Counted from the first letter of the stretch, positions 47,149 through 57,361 are shown. The stretch: 64,000 bases of DNA from an uncultured Planctomycetales bacterium (GCA_964603585.1 CAZRVK010000009.1:7319-71318); one strand, 5' to 3'. The notes: a model not told the origin generated them from the letters alone. A program made the numbers and translations.

Positions 47149-48900
47149 TTATTTTACGTAAATCGGCCTTGCCTTATAATGCACATGCAGGAGTTTTTCC
47201 GATCTCTCTCCCAAAGGTTTGCCCAGGAACTCATTATAAAGCCTTTTAATGTACGGGTTCTGATGGCTTGAACGAACTTCTTTTTGATCATCATCCTGAT
47301 ATAAAGCCTGTGCCCTTTTAATCCTTAGTTCATCGGTAACCATATAAGGCTGGCCTCCGCCACCTACACAACCGCCAGGACAAGCCATAACCTCAATAAA
47401 ATGATAGGGGATCTCCTGGTTATTCTTTTTTGCATCCCTTATCTTATCGATAAGATATTCAACATTGCTCAAACCATGGGCGATCGCGATCCGGATCTTC
47501 TTTCCCCCCACTTCAATCTCTGTTTCTTTAACTCCCTTTAAACCTCTTACACTCTCAAATTCGACCTTTTTTAATTCCTTGCCGGTAATGAAATAATGCG
47601 CGGTCCTTAAAGCCGCTTCCATTACCCCACCGGTAGCGCCAAAGATTACCCCAGCTCCGGCATATTCGCCCAGAATAGAATCAGATTCTTCATCGGGCAG
47701 ATTGTCGAAATCTATTCCCGCCTGCTTGATCATACGCACTAATTCCCGTGTCGACAAAACCACATCAATATCCTGAAAACCAGATGCCGACATTTCTTCG
47801 TTCCTGGTAATCTCATACTTTTTAGAAGTACACGGCATGATCGAAACCATATATATCTTGGCCGGATCGATTTTATTCTTTTCGGCATAATAAGTCTTGG
47901 AAAGCACCCCTAAGATCTCATGCGGTGATTTACAGGAAGAAAAATGTTCGATCATATCCCCATGGAACTTCTCCATAAAATCAACCCACGAAGGGCAACA
48001 TGTAGTAATTAACGGCAGCGGCCGTTTACCCGACAACAATCTTCCTTCAAATTCACTGGCCTCTTCCATGATCGTAACATCGGCGGCAAAAGATGTATCG
48101 AAAACTGCCTTAAACCCTAAGCGCCGCAGCAATGCATACAGCTTTTTAGTAAAATTCTTGCCTACGTAGCCAAATGCCTCTCCGATAGAGACCCTTACTG
48201 CTGGAGCGATCTGAACCACACAATATTTATCTGTATCCTGCAAGGCTTTCCAGGCTAACGCCGTATGGTCCTGTTCAACGAAAGCTCCTGTTGGGCAATG
48301 GGCCGAACACTGGCCGCAACGCACACAAGGAGAATCTGCCAACTGGATATCCCCGGCAGGAGAGATCCTGGTCTTAATACCTCTTTCCAAGAATGACAAC
48401 GCCCAAACATCCTGGCATTCCTGGCAGACATAAACACACCTGCCGCAAAGGATACATTTCTTAGGGTCAAGATCAACCGCCCGGGTAGAAGTATCGATCG
48501 GCAGATCTCTTAAGAACTGCGGGAATGATTCTTCTTTAATCCCGAACTCGGCAGTAAGTTTTTGCAATTCACACTCATTATTCCTGCCGCATTTAAGGCA
48601 GTCATTGGGATGATTGGATAAAATCAATTCAATAACCGTTCTTCTTATCTCGACGATCTCCGGGTCATGGGTAATGATATCCATCCCCTCATCCAAAGGC
48701 GTACAGCAGGCACGCAGCATCTTATGCGTACCCCTTAATTTAACGATACAAATACCGCAGGATGCCGAAGCAGGCAGATCCGGATGTTTGCACAACGTAG
48801 GGATCTTTATCTGCACCTGCTTAGCCGCTTCCAGAATAGTCGTTCCGGCTTCCACCCTCAAGAGAATACCGTTTATCTTTGCTTGGATTATTTTAGCCAT
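47149..48900 (-). CDS. hndD: [FeFe] hydrogenase catalytic subunit HndD-like
   Basis: N-terminal 2Fe-2S and 4Fe-4S domains. H-cluster motifs are intact: L1 TTCCPSW, L2 MPCTSKKYE, L3 EVMACPGGCVGGGGQP. Confidence 0.85.
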   Translation of the reverse strand: MAKIIQAKINGILLRVEAGTTILEAAKQVQIKIPTLCKHPDLPASASCGICIVKLRGTHKMLRACCTPLDEGMDIITHDPEIVEIRRTVIELILSNHPNDCLKCGRNNECELQKLTAEFGIKEESFPQFLRDLPIDTSTRAVDLDPKKCILCGRCVYVCQECQDVWALSFLERGIKTRISPAGDIQLADSPCVRCGQCSAHCPTGAFVEQDHTALAWKALQDTDKYCVVQIAPAVRVSIGEAFGYVGKNFTKKLYALLRRLGFKAVFDTSFAADVTIMEEASEFEGRLLSGKRPLPLITTCCPSWVDFMEKFHGDMIEHFSSCKSPHEILGVLSKTYYAEKNKIDPAKIYMVSIMPCTSKKYEITRNEEMSASGFQDIDVVLSTRELVRMIKQAGIDFDNLPDEESDSILGEYAGAGVIFGATGGVMEAALRTAHYFITGKELKKVEFESVRGLKGVKETEIEVGGKKIRIAIAHGLSNVEYLIDKIRDAKKNNQEIPYHFIEVMACPGGCVGGGGQPYMVTDELRIKRAQALYQDDDQKEVRSSHQNPYIKRLYNEFLGKPLGERSEKLLHVHYKARPIYVK

Positions 48901-48903
48901 TTT

Positions 48904-50643
48904 TTATTTTTTAAGCACTGCTTTAAATTTACAGACATCCCAACACCGGCCGCATTTTATACATTTATCCTGAATGATACTATACCCTGATTCTTTATCC
49001 CCGATAATTGCCTGGACCGGGCAATTATTAAAACAGATCCCGCAACGTTTGCATTTATCCTCAATTATTTCAAACACCACCAGGCTGCGGCATTTTCCTG
49101 CCGGGCACCGCTTATTCACGATATGCTCGGTATATTCCTGTTCAAAATACTTCAGGGTAGAAAGCACCGGGTTCGATGCCGTTTGGCCTAACCCGCATAA
49201 TGAAGCTTTCTGCATCGCCTGGGCAATCCGTCTTAATTGCCCCAGATCTTCCGGACGGCCTTTACCTTCCGATATTTTTTTAAGGTATCCGAGCATTTGA
49301 AAACCGCCGATACGGCAAGGCGCGCATTTCCCACAGGACTCTTCCACGCAAAATCCCAGATAAAATTTAGGGATATCCACCATACAATCGTCTTCGTCGA
49401 TCACGATCATTCCGCCTGAACCCATGATCGAACCTAATTTCTGTAAATTCTCATAATCGACCGGGGTATCCAGCAATTCATTGGGAATGACCCCTCCGGA
49501 AGGCCCGCCGGTTTGTACGGCCTTGATCGGCTTGCCGGATAATGTCCCGCCGCAGATATCCGATACGATCTGCCTTAAGGTAGCCCCCATGGCAATCTCA
49601 ACCAGACCGGAATTTTTGACCTTGCCGGTAACCGCAAAAACTTTGGTGCCTTTTGAAGTAGGCGTACCAACCTGCGTCAACCACTTACCGCCTTTATGGA
49701 CAATTGCCGGGATATTAGCTAAAGTCTCTACATTATTGATCACCGTCGGCTTTCCCCATAACCCTTTTACTGAAGGATACGGAGGGCGGGGATGCGGAGT
49801 CCCCCTTTTGCCTTCGATCGAAGAAATTAAGGCGGTTTCCTCGCCGCAAACAAACGCACCGGCACCTAATCGGATATCTATGTCGAGGCTAAAAGGAGTG
49901 CCAAGGATATTCTTGCCTAATAAACCATAATCATACGCCTGCTGGATAGCTTTATTGATCCTTTCAACCGCCAAAGGATACTCGGCGCGGATATAAAAAT
50001 ACCCCTGGGAAGCGCCGATAGCAAAAGCCGCGATGATCAAGCCCTCGATAACCGCATGCGGATCACCTTCTAAAATGCTCCTGTCCATATACGCACCCGG
50101 GTCACCTTCATCAGCATTACAAATGACAAATTTTTCTTTCGAATCAACTTCCCGGGCAAAATTCCATTTCATCCAGGTAGGATACCCGGCACCGCCTCTG
50201 CCGCGGATACCGCTGACCTTTATCTCTTCGATCAGTTTTTGCGGACCTAACTCAACAAGGGCTTTCTTTAAACCCAGATACCCGCCACAGGAAATATACT
50301 CTTCGATACTCTCCGGATTGATCTTACCGCAATTACGCAAAACGATCCGGTGTTGTTTGACCTTAGGAGTAAAAACCAAATCCTGAATGACCTTGTTTTC
50401 ATTCAGGGAATCGACTATTCTTTTAATATCGGAATCCGCGACATTGGCATAAACCAGTTTATCCGGAAGTATTTTGACCACCAGCCCCCGGTCATAAACA
50501 CCGATATCGGCTACTCTGACCACCTGGAACTGCGCATGCAGGTTAGCCTCTCTAAGATAATCAAGCAGGCGGGTATAGAACTCCCTGGTCTTATCTTCTC
50601 TTTTTGCATCCGTATCTTTTACTAAAATAACCTTGGCATACAT
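48904..50643 (-). CDS. hndC: NuoF-like NAD(P)H-binding flavoprotein subunit HndC
   Basis: FMN/NADH site GGAGYPTWMKW, CGKCAPCRIG and two C-terminal 4Fe-4S motifs. Confidence 0.85.
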   Translation of the reverse strand: MYAKVILVKDTDAKREDKTREFYTRLLDYLREANLHAQFQVVRVADIGVYDRGLVVKILPDKLVYANVADSDIKRIVDSLNENKVIQDLVFTPKVKQHRIVLRNCGKINPESIEEYISCGGYLGLKKALVELGPQKLIEEIKVSGIRGRGGAGYPTWMKWNFAREVDSKEKFVICNADEGDPGAYMDRSILEGDPHAVIEGLIIAAFAIGASQGYFYIRAEYPLAVERINKAIQQAYDYGLLGKNILGTPFSLDIDIRLGAGAFVCGEETALISSIEGKRGTPHPRPPYPSVKGLWGKPTVINNVETLANIPAIVHKGGKWLTQVGTPTSKGTKVFAVTGKVKNSGLVEIAMGATLRQIVSDICGGTLSGKPIKAVQTGGPSGGVIPNELLDTPVDYENLQKLGSIMGSGGMIVIDEDDCMVDIPKFYLGFCVEESCGKCAPCRIGGFQMLGYLKKISEGKGRPEDLGQLRRIAQAMQKASLCGLGQTASNPVLSTLKYFEQEYTEHIVNKRCPAGKCRSLVVFEIIEDKCKRCGICFNNCPVQAIIGDKESGYSIIQDKCIKCGRCWDVCKFKAVLKK

Positions 50644-50662
50644 AAGTTACTTATCTCCGTTA

Positions 50663-51010
50663 TCAATCCAAAAGCTCAAAGATACAATCGTTAACCAGCA
50701 TCTTAGAAATTACATGCTTTTCCAGTATTTTAGTCGCAACATCTTTATTTACCGCGCCATAAGTTACTGCCGGCATACCGTCAACTCTTACCTCTACTAA
50801 CGGCTCGGCATAACAGGCCCCGGCGCAACCACATTTCTTGATCTCAATCTGCAGGTTCCTCTTTTTAACCTCATCAACGAAGAAGTTAAAAACTTCCTCT
50901 GCTCCGGCAGCGATACCGCAGCTGCTCATACCGACCTTAATCCAATCCTTGGGCTTATCAGAAAGCCCCTGGCTCATTTTTTCCAAATCATCCGGGGTCA
51001 ATTTATTCAT
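50663..51010 (-). CDS. hndB: thioredoxin-like [2Fe-2S] protein HndB
   Basis: 115 aa with GMSSCGIAAGAEE...CGCAGACYAEPLV. Confidence 0.7.
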   Translation of the reverse strand: MNKLTPDDLEKMSQGLSDKPKDWIKVGMSSCGIAAGAEEVFNFFVDEVKKRNLQIEIKKCGCAGACYAEPLVEVRVDGMPAVTYGAVNKDVATKILEKHVISKMLVNDCIFELLD

Positions 51011-51016
51011 CGCCAG

Positions 51017-51490
51017 TTATTCCTCTTTTATATATTTCGATAAGATATCCGCGATCTCATTTTTCTTTACCTTGCCATACACCTTGTCATCGATCATGAC
51101 AACCGGCGCTAACCCGCAGCATCCTAAACAGCGGACAACATCCAAGTAAAAAAGCCCATCCTTGGTTGTCTGGCCTTCCTTAATGCCCAGTATATTCTTT
51201 ATTTCATCAAGGATAACTTCAGCGCCCCGCAAATAACAGGCAGTTCCCATACATAAAGCAATCCGATGTTTACCGGGGGGGGTTAATTTAAAAAAATTAT
51301 AAAAAGTAATTACTTCATAAATCCTGGCTAAAGGGACATCAAGCATTTTGGAAAGCTGCAGTGAGGCCTCGCGCGGGACATAACCGTAGTGGTTCTCCAA
51401 TTCATGTAAAATCATGATCAGATTACCCGGCTTATCCTTCCACTTCTTTACCAAACCCGTAATCTCTTTTAATACCTCTTCCTTAACCAT
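51017..51490 (-). CDS. hndA: NuoE-like [2Fe-2S] subunit HndA
   Basis: 157 aa with the CxxxxC...CxxxC NuoE fold (CMGTACYLRG...CLGCCGLAPV). Confidence 0.8.
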   Translation of the reverse strand: MVKEEVLKEITGLVKKWKDKPGNLIMILHELENHYGYVPREASLQLSKMLDVPLARIYEVITFYNFFKLTPPGKHRIALCMGTACYLRGAEVILDEIKNILGIKEGQTTKDGLFYLDVVRCLGCCGLAPVVMIDDKVYGKVKKNEIADILSKYIKEE

Positions 51491-51648
51491 CTTATTTACT
51501 CCCAGGATTTACTTCAGCTTATGATAAATACCTGTTTTTAGAAGCGTTTCCGATAGCAAATATTTCTGCGGGGGATACTTTTGCAGGGATTTGACTTAAT
51601 AGAAACAATACAAATACGCCCTAAAAATCAGCGTTTACACGCAATCCG

Positions 51649-51676
51649 AATATACCATAGTTATCTCCATTGTCAA
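51649..51676 (-). promoter_or_regulatory. sigma70-type promoter for hndABCD (TTGACA, 16 nt spacer, TATATT)
   Basis: On the minus strand TTCTTGACAATGGAGATAACTATGGTATATTCGG, leaving a leader of about 150 nt. Confidence 0.5.
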
Positions 51677-51711
51677 GAAAATTTTCAACAATGCGCGCCT
51701 TTAAACCTGAT

Positions 51712-53538
51712 TTAAGATTTTTTCGCCCCGGATGAAGAATAGTGGGTATGAAGAAGTTCATGGCTCAAATGGCCGCACGGCCCATCGGTAAAGAATTCTT
51801 TATATATCGCCTTGACAGAAGGGTTATCATGAGATTTCCTGTAAACAAGACCTTCATCTTCTTTATATACGGAATCTTTACGCCGCTCTTTGGCCGCTGC
51901 CGCATCATCTGCGATCGGTTGGCCTCCGCCGCCCAGGCATCCTCCCGGGCAGGTCATAATCTCTATAAAATGATAATCGTCCAATTCCCCCTTAGCAAGC
52001 AATTCCATGATCTGGCGTGCGCTGCCGATAGTATGGCCTACCATCAACTTGAGTGTCACTCCCTCAAGGAATTTCCATTGCCCGACGGCTTTCTGTATCG
52101 GGATCTCAACCCTGCGTAAATAGGAAAACCCGCGGACCGGGACAATGTTCAACTTATCAAACGGCACTTCACTGCCGGTTATGACCTCATAAACAGTGCG
52201 CAAAGCGGCTTCCATGACGCCGCCGGTCGCTCCAAAAATAGTCCCCGCTCCGGTCGACACACCCAGAGGATCATCAAAACTATCTTCCTTAAGAAGTCCG
52301 AAATTAACCCCTGACTCTTTTATCATCCTGGCGACTTCGCGGGTGGTCAAAACATAATCGACATCAGGAAAAGCCTCGTTGTCTTTGAGTTTCATCTTCT
52401 CCTGCCAGTATTTAAAAGCATTTATCATCTCCGGCCTTTTGGCTTCATATTTCTTGGCGGTACAAGGCATGATGGAAACTACAATGAGGTCGCGCGGATC
52501 AATATTCATCTTCTCGGCATAATAGGTTTTAGTCACCGCGCCAAACATCTGCTGCGGGGATTTACAGGTAGAAATATGCGGGACGGCCTTTGGATAAAAC
52601 AATTCGGCAAACCTGATCCATCCAGGAGAGCATGACGTGATCATCGGAAGTCTGCCTTTTGATCTTAGCCTGGCCAGGAGTTCATGGCCTTCCTCGATAA
52701 TCGTAAGATCCGCAGTGAATTGAGTGTCAAACACCTTTAAAAAACCGAGTTTACGTAACGCCCCCACCATCTTGCCGGTGACCAGGCTTCCGGGCTCCAT
52801 ACCGAATTCTTCACCGAGAGCTACCCGGACTGCAGGGGCCGTTTGGACCACAACCTTTTTTTTGGGGTCGCCTATCGCCTTCCAAACATCCTCAATCGAA
52901 TCCTTCTCTACAATTGCTCCGGTCGGGCAAACAAGAAGGCACTGGCCGCAATTAATACATGTGGAACTGGCCAAACCTTTATCGAAGAAAGTGGAAACCC
53001 GTGTGCGTTTACCTCTGCCGGTCAGATTAATTGCGTTGACCGACTGAACATTCGCACATACCCCAATACACCGTTCGCATAATATGCACTTATTGGGGTC
53101 TCTTGACAAAGACAAGCTTGTCAGGTCCTTATTCACCTGGAATGACTCTTGTTTGGCAAACCGGATATCTTTGACCCCCATATCAAAAGCAAGACGGCGC
53201 AGATGGCAATTCTGGTTACGCTCACAAGTCAAACAATCAGCCGGATGGGACGCTAAAAGCAGTTCAATACTAAGCCTCCTGGCCTGGCGAACCCTTTCGG
53301 AATTAGTATATATTTCCATATGCTCGCTTACTTTACTGACACATGAACGTAACAGAGTTTTAGCCCCTTTAACCTCGACTAAACACACAGAACAGGCACC
53401 TTCTTCATTGACACCTTCCAAATAACAAAGAGTCGGGATTTCAATACCGATATCCTTACAGGCCTTTAATATAGTAACCCCTTCCGGACAATCGTAATAT
53501 TCCCCGTTGATTTTTACGCTGACAAGCTTCTGTTCCAT
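51712..53538 (-). CDS. hydA: [FeFe] hydrogenase-like catalytic subunit with variant L1 motif
   Basis: N-terminal Fe-S domains. L2 (MPCTAKKYE) and L3 (EIMTCPGGCLGGGGQP) are intact, but L1 reads TSCSPGW where TSCCPxW is expected. Confidence 0.75.
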   Translation of the reverse strand: MEQKLVSVKINGEYYDCPEGVTILKACKDIGIEIPTLCYLEGVNEEGACSVCLVEVKGAKTLLRSCVSKVSEHMEIYTNSERVRQARRLSIELLLASHPADCLTCERNQNCHLRRLAFDMGVKDIRFAKQESFQVNKDLTSLSLSRDPNKCILCERCIGVCANVQSVNAINLTGRGKRTRVSTFFDKGLASSTCINCGQCLLVCPTGAIVEKDSIEDVWKAIGDPKKKVVVQTAPAVRVALGEEFGMEPGSLVTGKMVGALRKLGFLKVFDTQFTADLTIIEEGHELLARLRSKGRLPMITSCSPGWIRFAELFYPKAVPHISTCKSPQQMFGAVTKTYYAEKMNIDPRDLIVVSIMPCTAKKYEAKRPEMINAFKYWQEKMKLKDNEAFPDVDYVLTTREVARMIKESGVNFGLLKEDSFDDPLGVSTGAGTIFGATGGVMEAALRTVYEVITGSEVPFDKLNIVPVRGFSYLRRVEIPIQKAVGQWKFLEGVTLKLMVGHTIGSARQIMELLAKGELDDYHFIEIMTCPGGCLGGGGQPIADDAAAAKERRKDSVYKEDEGLVYRKSHDNPSVKAIYKEFFTDGPCGHLSHELLHTHYSSSGAKKS

Positions 53539-53562
53539 AAAAATGCCCCTTTAATGTCCTGC

Positions 53563-56500
53563 TTATTTTATGTCACACCGCAGGCAACGCCTGATCTCGG
53601 TATACACCTGTTTCTGGGTCAAACCAAGATTGATTTCCTTAAAATTATTGACCCGGCGATTGATTTTTAATTTATCCATTGCCTGATGCGGCTCTTTTTC
53701 AACCGTAAGCGGCAGGCTCATACTATACTTAAAAACAGGCACCAACTTCTCAAAACGCCTCTTGTCTGACATTAATGCCATATCGATCTTTTCGGAAAAC
53801 CTTCTTCCCCAACTCATCGCCTCTACAGCGGTAGCCGGACCGGTAACAAGATCGCCCCCGGCAAAAATCTTGGGATTCCGAGTTTTAAGCGTATTGCGGT
53901 CAACAACCAACGCGCCATATTTATCCAACTCGACACCAAAATCCCGCAAAAAATCCGCATCTACTTTCTCCCCAATAGCCGTCATAACGGTATCGCAAGG
54001 GATCTCATATGTTTCAGAGGTAGATATCGGTTTACGCCGTCCGGTAAGATCATACTCACCCGGGACCATTTTCATGACATCCAACGCCACAACATGGCCT
54101 TTTTCATCTCCAATAATAGCCTTGGGATTGGCAAAGAATACAAAATTGACCCCTTCCTTGAACGCCTCGGCTATCTCTTCCTTATTTGCCGGCATATCTT
54201 CCTGCGAACGCCGATAAACAATGGTCGCCTTTGAACCTAACCTCCATACACTGCGCGCCGCATCAATGGCGACATTGCCCGCGCCTATTATAACCACGTG
54301 ATTGCCGATCTTCGGTTTCTTTCCAAATGCCAATTCTTCCAGGAAATGCACTCCGGACCAAACCCCTTTTAAGGTTTCACCAGGGATATTCAAGGGCATC
54401 TCTTTATATGCCCCGGTAGCCAGAAAAACAGCATCGGATGTTTTTTCTATTGCCCGCAGTTTTTTAGAATCAATTTTAGAGTTAAAAATAAACTTGGCGC
54501 CGCACCGTTTGATAAACTCTATCTCTTTTGCGAGTACCCCCCGGGGAAGGCGGTATTGCGGGATACCATAGCGTAATATCCCTCCTGCCTCGGGATTCTT
54601 TTCATAAACACTAACACAATGGCCCAGCCGGGACAAATAATACGCGGCCATCAATCCTGCTGGTCCGGCACCAATAATAGCAATCTTTTTCCCCGTAGGA
54701 GGAAAACGCTCTTTAAGTATCTTCTTATAAACAGCTTCCTGGGCCTTATTTTTGTATACTGTATCGGCGATGTACCGATGCACCTCTCCCTGGGCAACAG
54801 GAGAATCGATATCCTCCCTCCTGCACCTTAACTTGCAATGAAAATGACATATCCTGCCCGTACTGGCCGGGAGAGGGTTATCACGCAGAGATAATTCAAA
54901 AGCATCCTTGAGCCTTTTGGCCTTAGTCAGTGCCATAAACCCGGAAATGTTCATATGTAATGGACAACTATTCTCACAGGGAGAAACAAATAAACTCTGG
55001 CAAACGCCGGATTCACAACGTTTATCCTTGGCGTGTGATTCGTATTCATCCAGGAAATATTTAATTGTGGTTAACACCGGATTCGGACCGGTCTGGCCCA
55101 GCCCGCAAAGAGCACTATCTTTGATAAATGACCCCAGGGATTTAAGCTCATCTAAATACCCTGAAGAGGCCTTGCCTTCTGTAATTGCATTCAGGTTTTC
55201 TAAAATATGATGTAAGCCTTCCCGGCAGGGAGTACACTTACCGCATGACTCGGAATTTGTAAATTCCACAAAATAGCGCGCTACATCCACCATACAGTTA
55301 TCATCGTCCATGACAACCATCCCGCCGCTTCCCATGATCGCGCCAAGTGAATTTAAAGACTCATAATCGACCGGCGTATTGAAAAGCTCAACCGGGATAC
55401 AGCCTCCTGAAGGGCCACCCGTCTGAACCGCCTTGACCGCGCGATGCGTACCTGTTCCCTCGCCGATATTATAAATGATCGTTTGGATAGGCGAGCCAAG
55501 CGGCATTTCGACAAGTCCAGTATTCTTGATCTTACCAACCAGAGAGAACACTTTCGTCCCCGGGCTTGTTTTTGTACCTGTCTGCAGAAAGAAATCCGCT
55601 CCTTTATGAATAATCACCGGGATATTACACCAGGTCTCCACATTATTGATTGTCGTCGGCTTATCCCATATCCCTTTCTGTGCCGGAAACGGCGGCCTCG
55701 GACGCGGACGTCCCGATTTACCCTCGATAGAACGTATTAACGCGGTTTCTTCCCCGCAGACAAAAGCACCGGCACCTTCAACCATATGCAGATCAAAGTT
55801 AAAATCAGTGCCAAATATTTTCTCCCCTAAGAAACCGCTCTCGGTGGCTTGTTTAATCGCAAGTTTCAGCCTTTCGACAGCCAAAGGATACTCTGCGCGT
55901 ATATAAATAACCCCTTTGGAAGCTCCAGTCGCATAAGCACCTATCAACATCCCTTCAAGAAGCATATGCGGGTCTGATTCGATCTCATTACGGTTCATAT
56001 ATGCCCCGGGATCTCCTTCATCGGCATTACAAACAATATACTTCTCTTTTGCCTCAACTTTAGCCATCAACCCCCATTTAACACCGGTAGGAAAACCCGC
56101 TCCCCCACGGCCGCGCAACTTTGACCGGCTGACTTCATCAATCACCTGCGAAGGAGTAACACCATGCATAACCTTATACAAAGATGAATACCCTCCTACC
56201 CCTATATACTCCTCAATATCCTCCGGGTTAATAAGGCCGCAATCCCTTAAAACGATCTTCTTCTGCCATTTGAAAAACGGTATGTCACTCCAATTAGGCA
56301 GATCATCGAACCCATGCCCGTAAAACACCCTGCCCGTCAGATGATCCCACTCCTCTATCTTGCACAAGGCTTTATCCAAGAATATCTCCCCGTCAAGGAT
56401 ACGTTCGATTATCTTTGCCACATCCTTAGGCTGGACCTTTTGCAGAATAACAAGGGGCTTATGCGGCAGAATGATATTAACCAGCGGTTCGCGCGCGCAG

Positions 56501-56724
56501 AAACCAAAACATCCGGTTTTTACCAAATGCGCCTTCGATTTCTTTTTCCGTAAAATCGAATCAAAAGAATTATAGAGTTCATCGGCACCGTTACCAATCC
56601 CGCAGGTATCCATGCCGATCGCGATCCTGGGTTCAGCCGGCATTATTTTCCGTAAGCCTTTTTCCTTTACTTGATTAAGCTGATCAAGATTTCTTATTAG
56701 CACCGCTGGCCCCTTTTCTATCAA
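53563..56724 (-). CDS. fusion: HndB-like Trx domain + NuoF-like flavoprotein + GltD/NfnB-like NADPH:FAD oxidoreductase (1053 aa)
   Basis: N-terminal GMDTCGIGNGADE..CFGFCAREPLV, then NuoF motifs (GGAGFPTGVKW, CGKCTPCREG). The C-terminal 400 aa has GltD-type Cys motifs, GAGPAGL (FAD) and IIGAGNVAIDAA (NADPH). A start at GTG 56703 or ATG 56643 is possible. Confidence 0.8.
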   Translation of the reverse strand: MIEKGPAVLIRNLDQLNQVKEKGLRKIMPAEPRIAIGMDTCGIGNGADELYNSFDSILRKKKSKAHLVKTGCFGFCAREPLVNIILPHKPLVILQKVQPKDVAKIIERILDGEIFLDKALCKIEEWDHLTGRVFYGHGFDDLPNWSDIPFFKWQKKIVLRDCGLINPEDIEEYIGVGGYSSLYKVMHGVTPSQVIDEVSRSKLRGRGGAGFPTGVKWGLMAKVEAKEKYIVCNADEGDPGAYMNRNEIESDPHMLLEGMLIGAYATGASKGVIYIRAEYPLAVERLKLAIKQATESGFLGEKIFGTDFNFDLHMVEGAGAFVCGEETALIRSIEGKSGRPRPRPPFPAQKGIWDKPTTINNVETWCNIPVIIHKGADFFLQTGTKTSPGTKVFSLVGKIKNTGLVEMPLGSPIQTIIYNIGEGTGTHRAVKAVQTGGPSGGCIPVELFNTPVDYESLNSLGAIMGSGGMVVMDDDNCMVDVARYFVEFTNSESCGKCTPCREGLHHILENLNAITEGKASSGYLDELKSLGSFIKDSALCGLGQTGPNPVLTTIKYFLDEYESHAKDKRCESGVCQSLFVSPCENSCPLHMNISGFMALTKAKRLKDAFELSLRDNPLPASTGRICHFHCKLRCRREDIDSPVAQGEVHRYIADTVYKNKAQEAVYKKILKERFPPTGKKIAIIGAGPAGLMAAYYLSRLGHCVSVYEKNPEAGGILRYGIPQYRLPRGVLAKEIEFIKRCGAKFIFNSKIDSKKLRAIEKTSDAVFLATGAYKEMPLNIPGETLKGVWSGVHFLEELAFGKKPKIGNHVVIIGAGNVAIDAARSVWRLGSKATIVYRRSQEDMPANKEEIAEAFKEGVNFVFFANPKAIIGDEKGHVVALDVMKMVPGEYDLTGRRKPISTSETYEIPCDTVMTAIGEKVDADFLRDFGVELDKYGALVVDRNTLKTRNPKIFAGGDLVTGPATAVEAMSWGRRFSEKIDMALMSDKRRFEKLVPVFKYSMSLPLTVEKEPHQAMDKLKINRRVNNFKEINLGLTQKQVYTEIRRCLRCDIK

Positions 56725-57223
56725 CCTGTTTTATCAACCGTTTTATTTTCGCTTCAGTCATGTGGCTGTATATCTTACCGTCTATATCGATTACGGGGGC
56801 AAGTGCACATTGTCCGAAACAAGCAACGGTTCTAATGGTAAATTTATTATCGGCAGTAGTCAAAAAGATCTTTTCATTCTCTTTGAGATTTTCTTCTTTA
56901 AACCCTAAAGTAAGCGCCAATGAACGCAGGAGATCCTTTGAACCCCTGGTATGGCATGCCGTTCCGCGGCAGACAATTATGGAATGCTCTCCTTGCGGTT
57001 TCAGGTTAAAGAAAGAATAGAATGTTGCCACGCTATATACCTGAACAAGCGGCAAACCCAGATTCTCGGCAATATAGGCCAAGACTTCCTCGGGCAAATA
57101 ATTGTGCTGATTAAGCTTTTGCGCCTCCTCCATGACACTAAGCAGCTCACCCGGCTTTCCCTTATATGCCAGGATCATTTTATCGAGCGCCTTGAAATCA
57201 GAGCCTTTGGTTTTTGCCTTCAC
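56684..57223 (-). CDS. NuoE-like [2Fe-2S] subunit (second copy)
   Basis: 179 aa with the NuoE fold CRGTACHTRG...CFGQCALAPV. GTG start with an AAGGGGGG Shine-Dalgarno. Confidence 0.8.
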   Translation of the reverse strand: MKAKTKGSDFKALDKMILAYKGKPGELLSVMEEAQKLNQHNYLPEEVLAYIAENLGLPLVQVYSVATFYSFFNLKPQGEHSIIVCRGTACHTRGSKDLLRSLALTLGFKEENLKENEKIFLTTADNKFTIRTVACFGQCALAPVIDIDGKIYSHMTEAKIKRLIKQVDRKGASGANKKS

Positions 57224-57270
57224 AATCCCCCCTTAAAACACTTTATTTTACGCCTTTAAATGGCATCACG

Positions 57271-57298
57271 CAATATAAGTAGTATAGCAAAACATAAC
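57271..57298 (-). promoter_or_regulatory. sigma70-type promoter for the second hydrogenase operon (TTGATA, 16 nt spacer, TATACT)
   Basis: On the minus strand TTGATAAGGAGTTATGTTTTGCTATACT. Confidence 0.5.
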
Positions 57299-57361
57299 TC
57301 CTTATCAAGCAAATTAACGCTTCAGGAGATACAAATCAAATCCCAATAGGATAAGAGAGCT

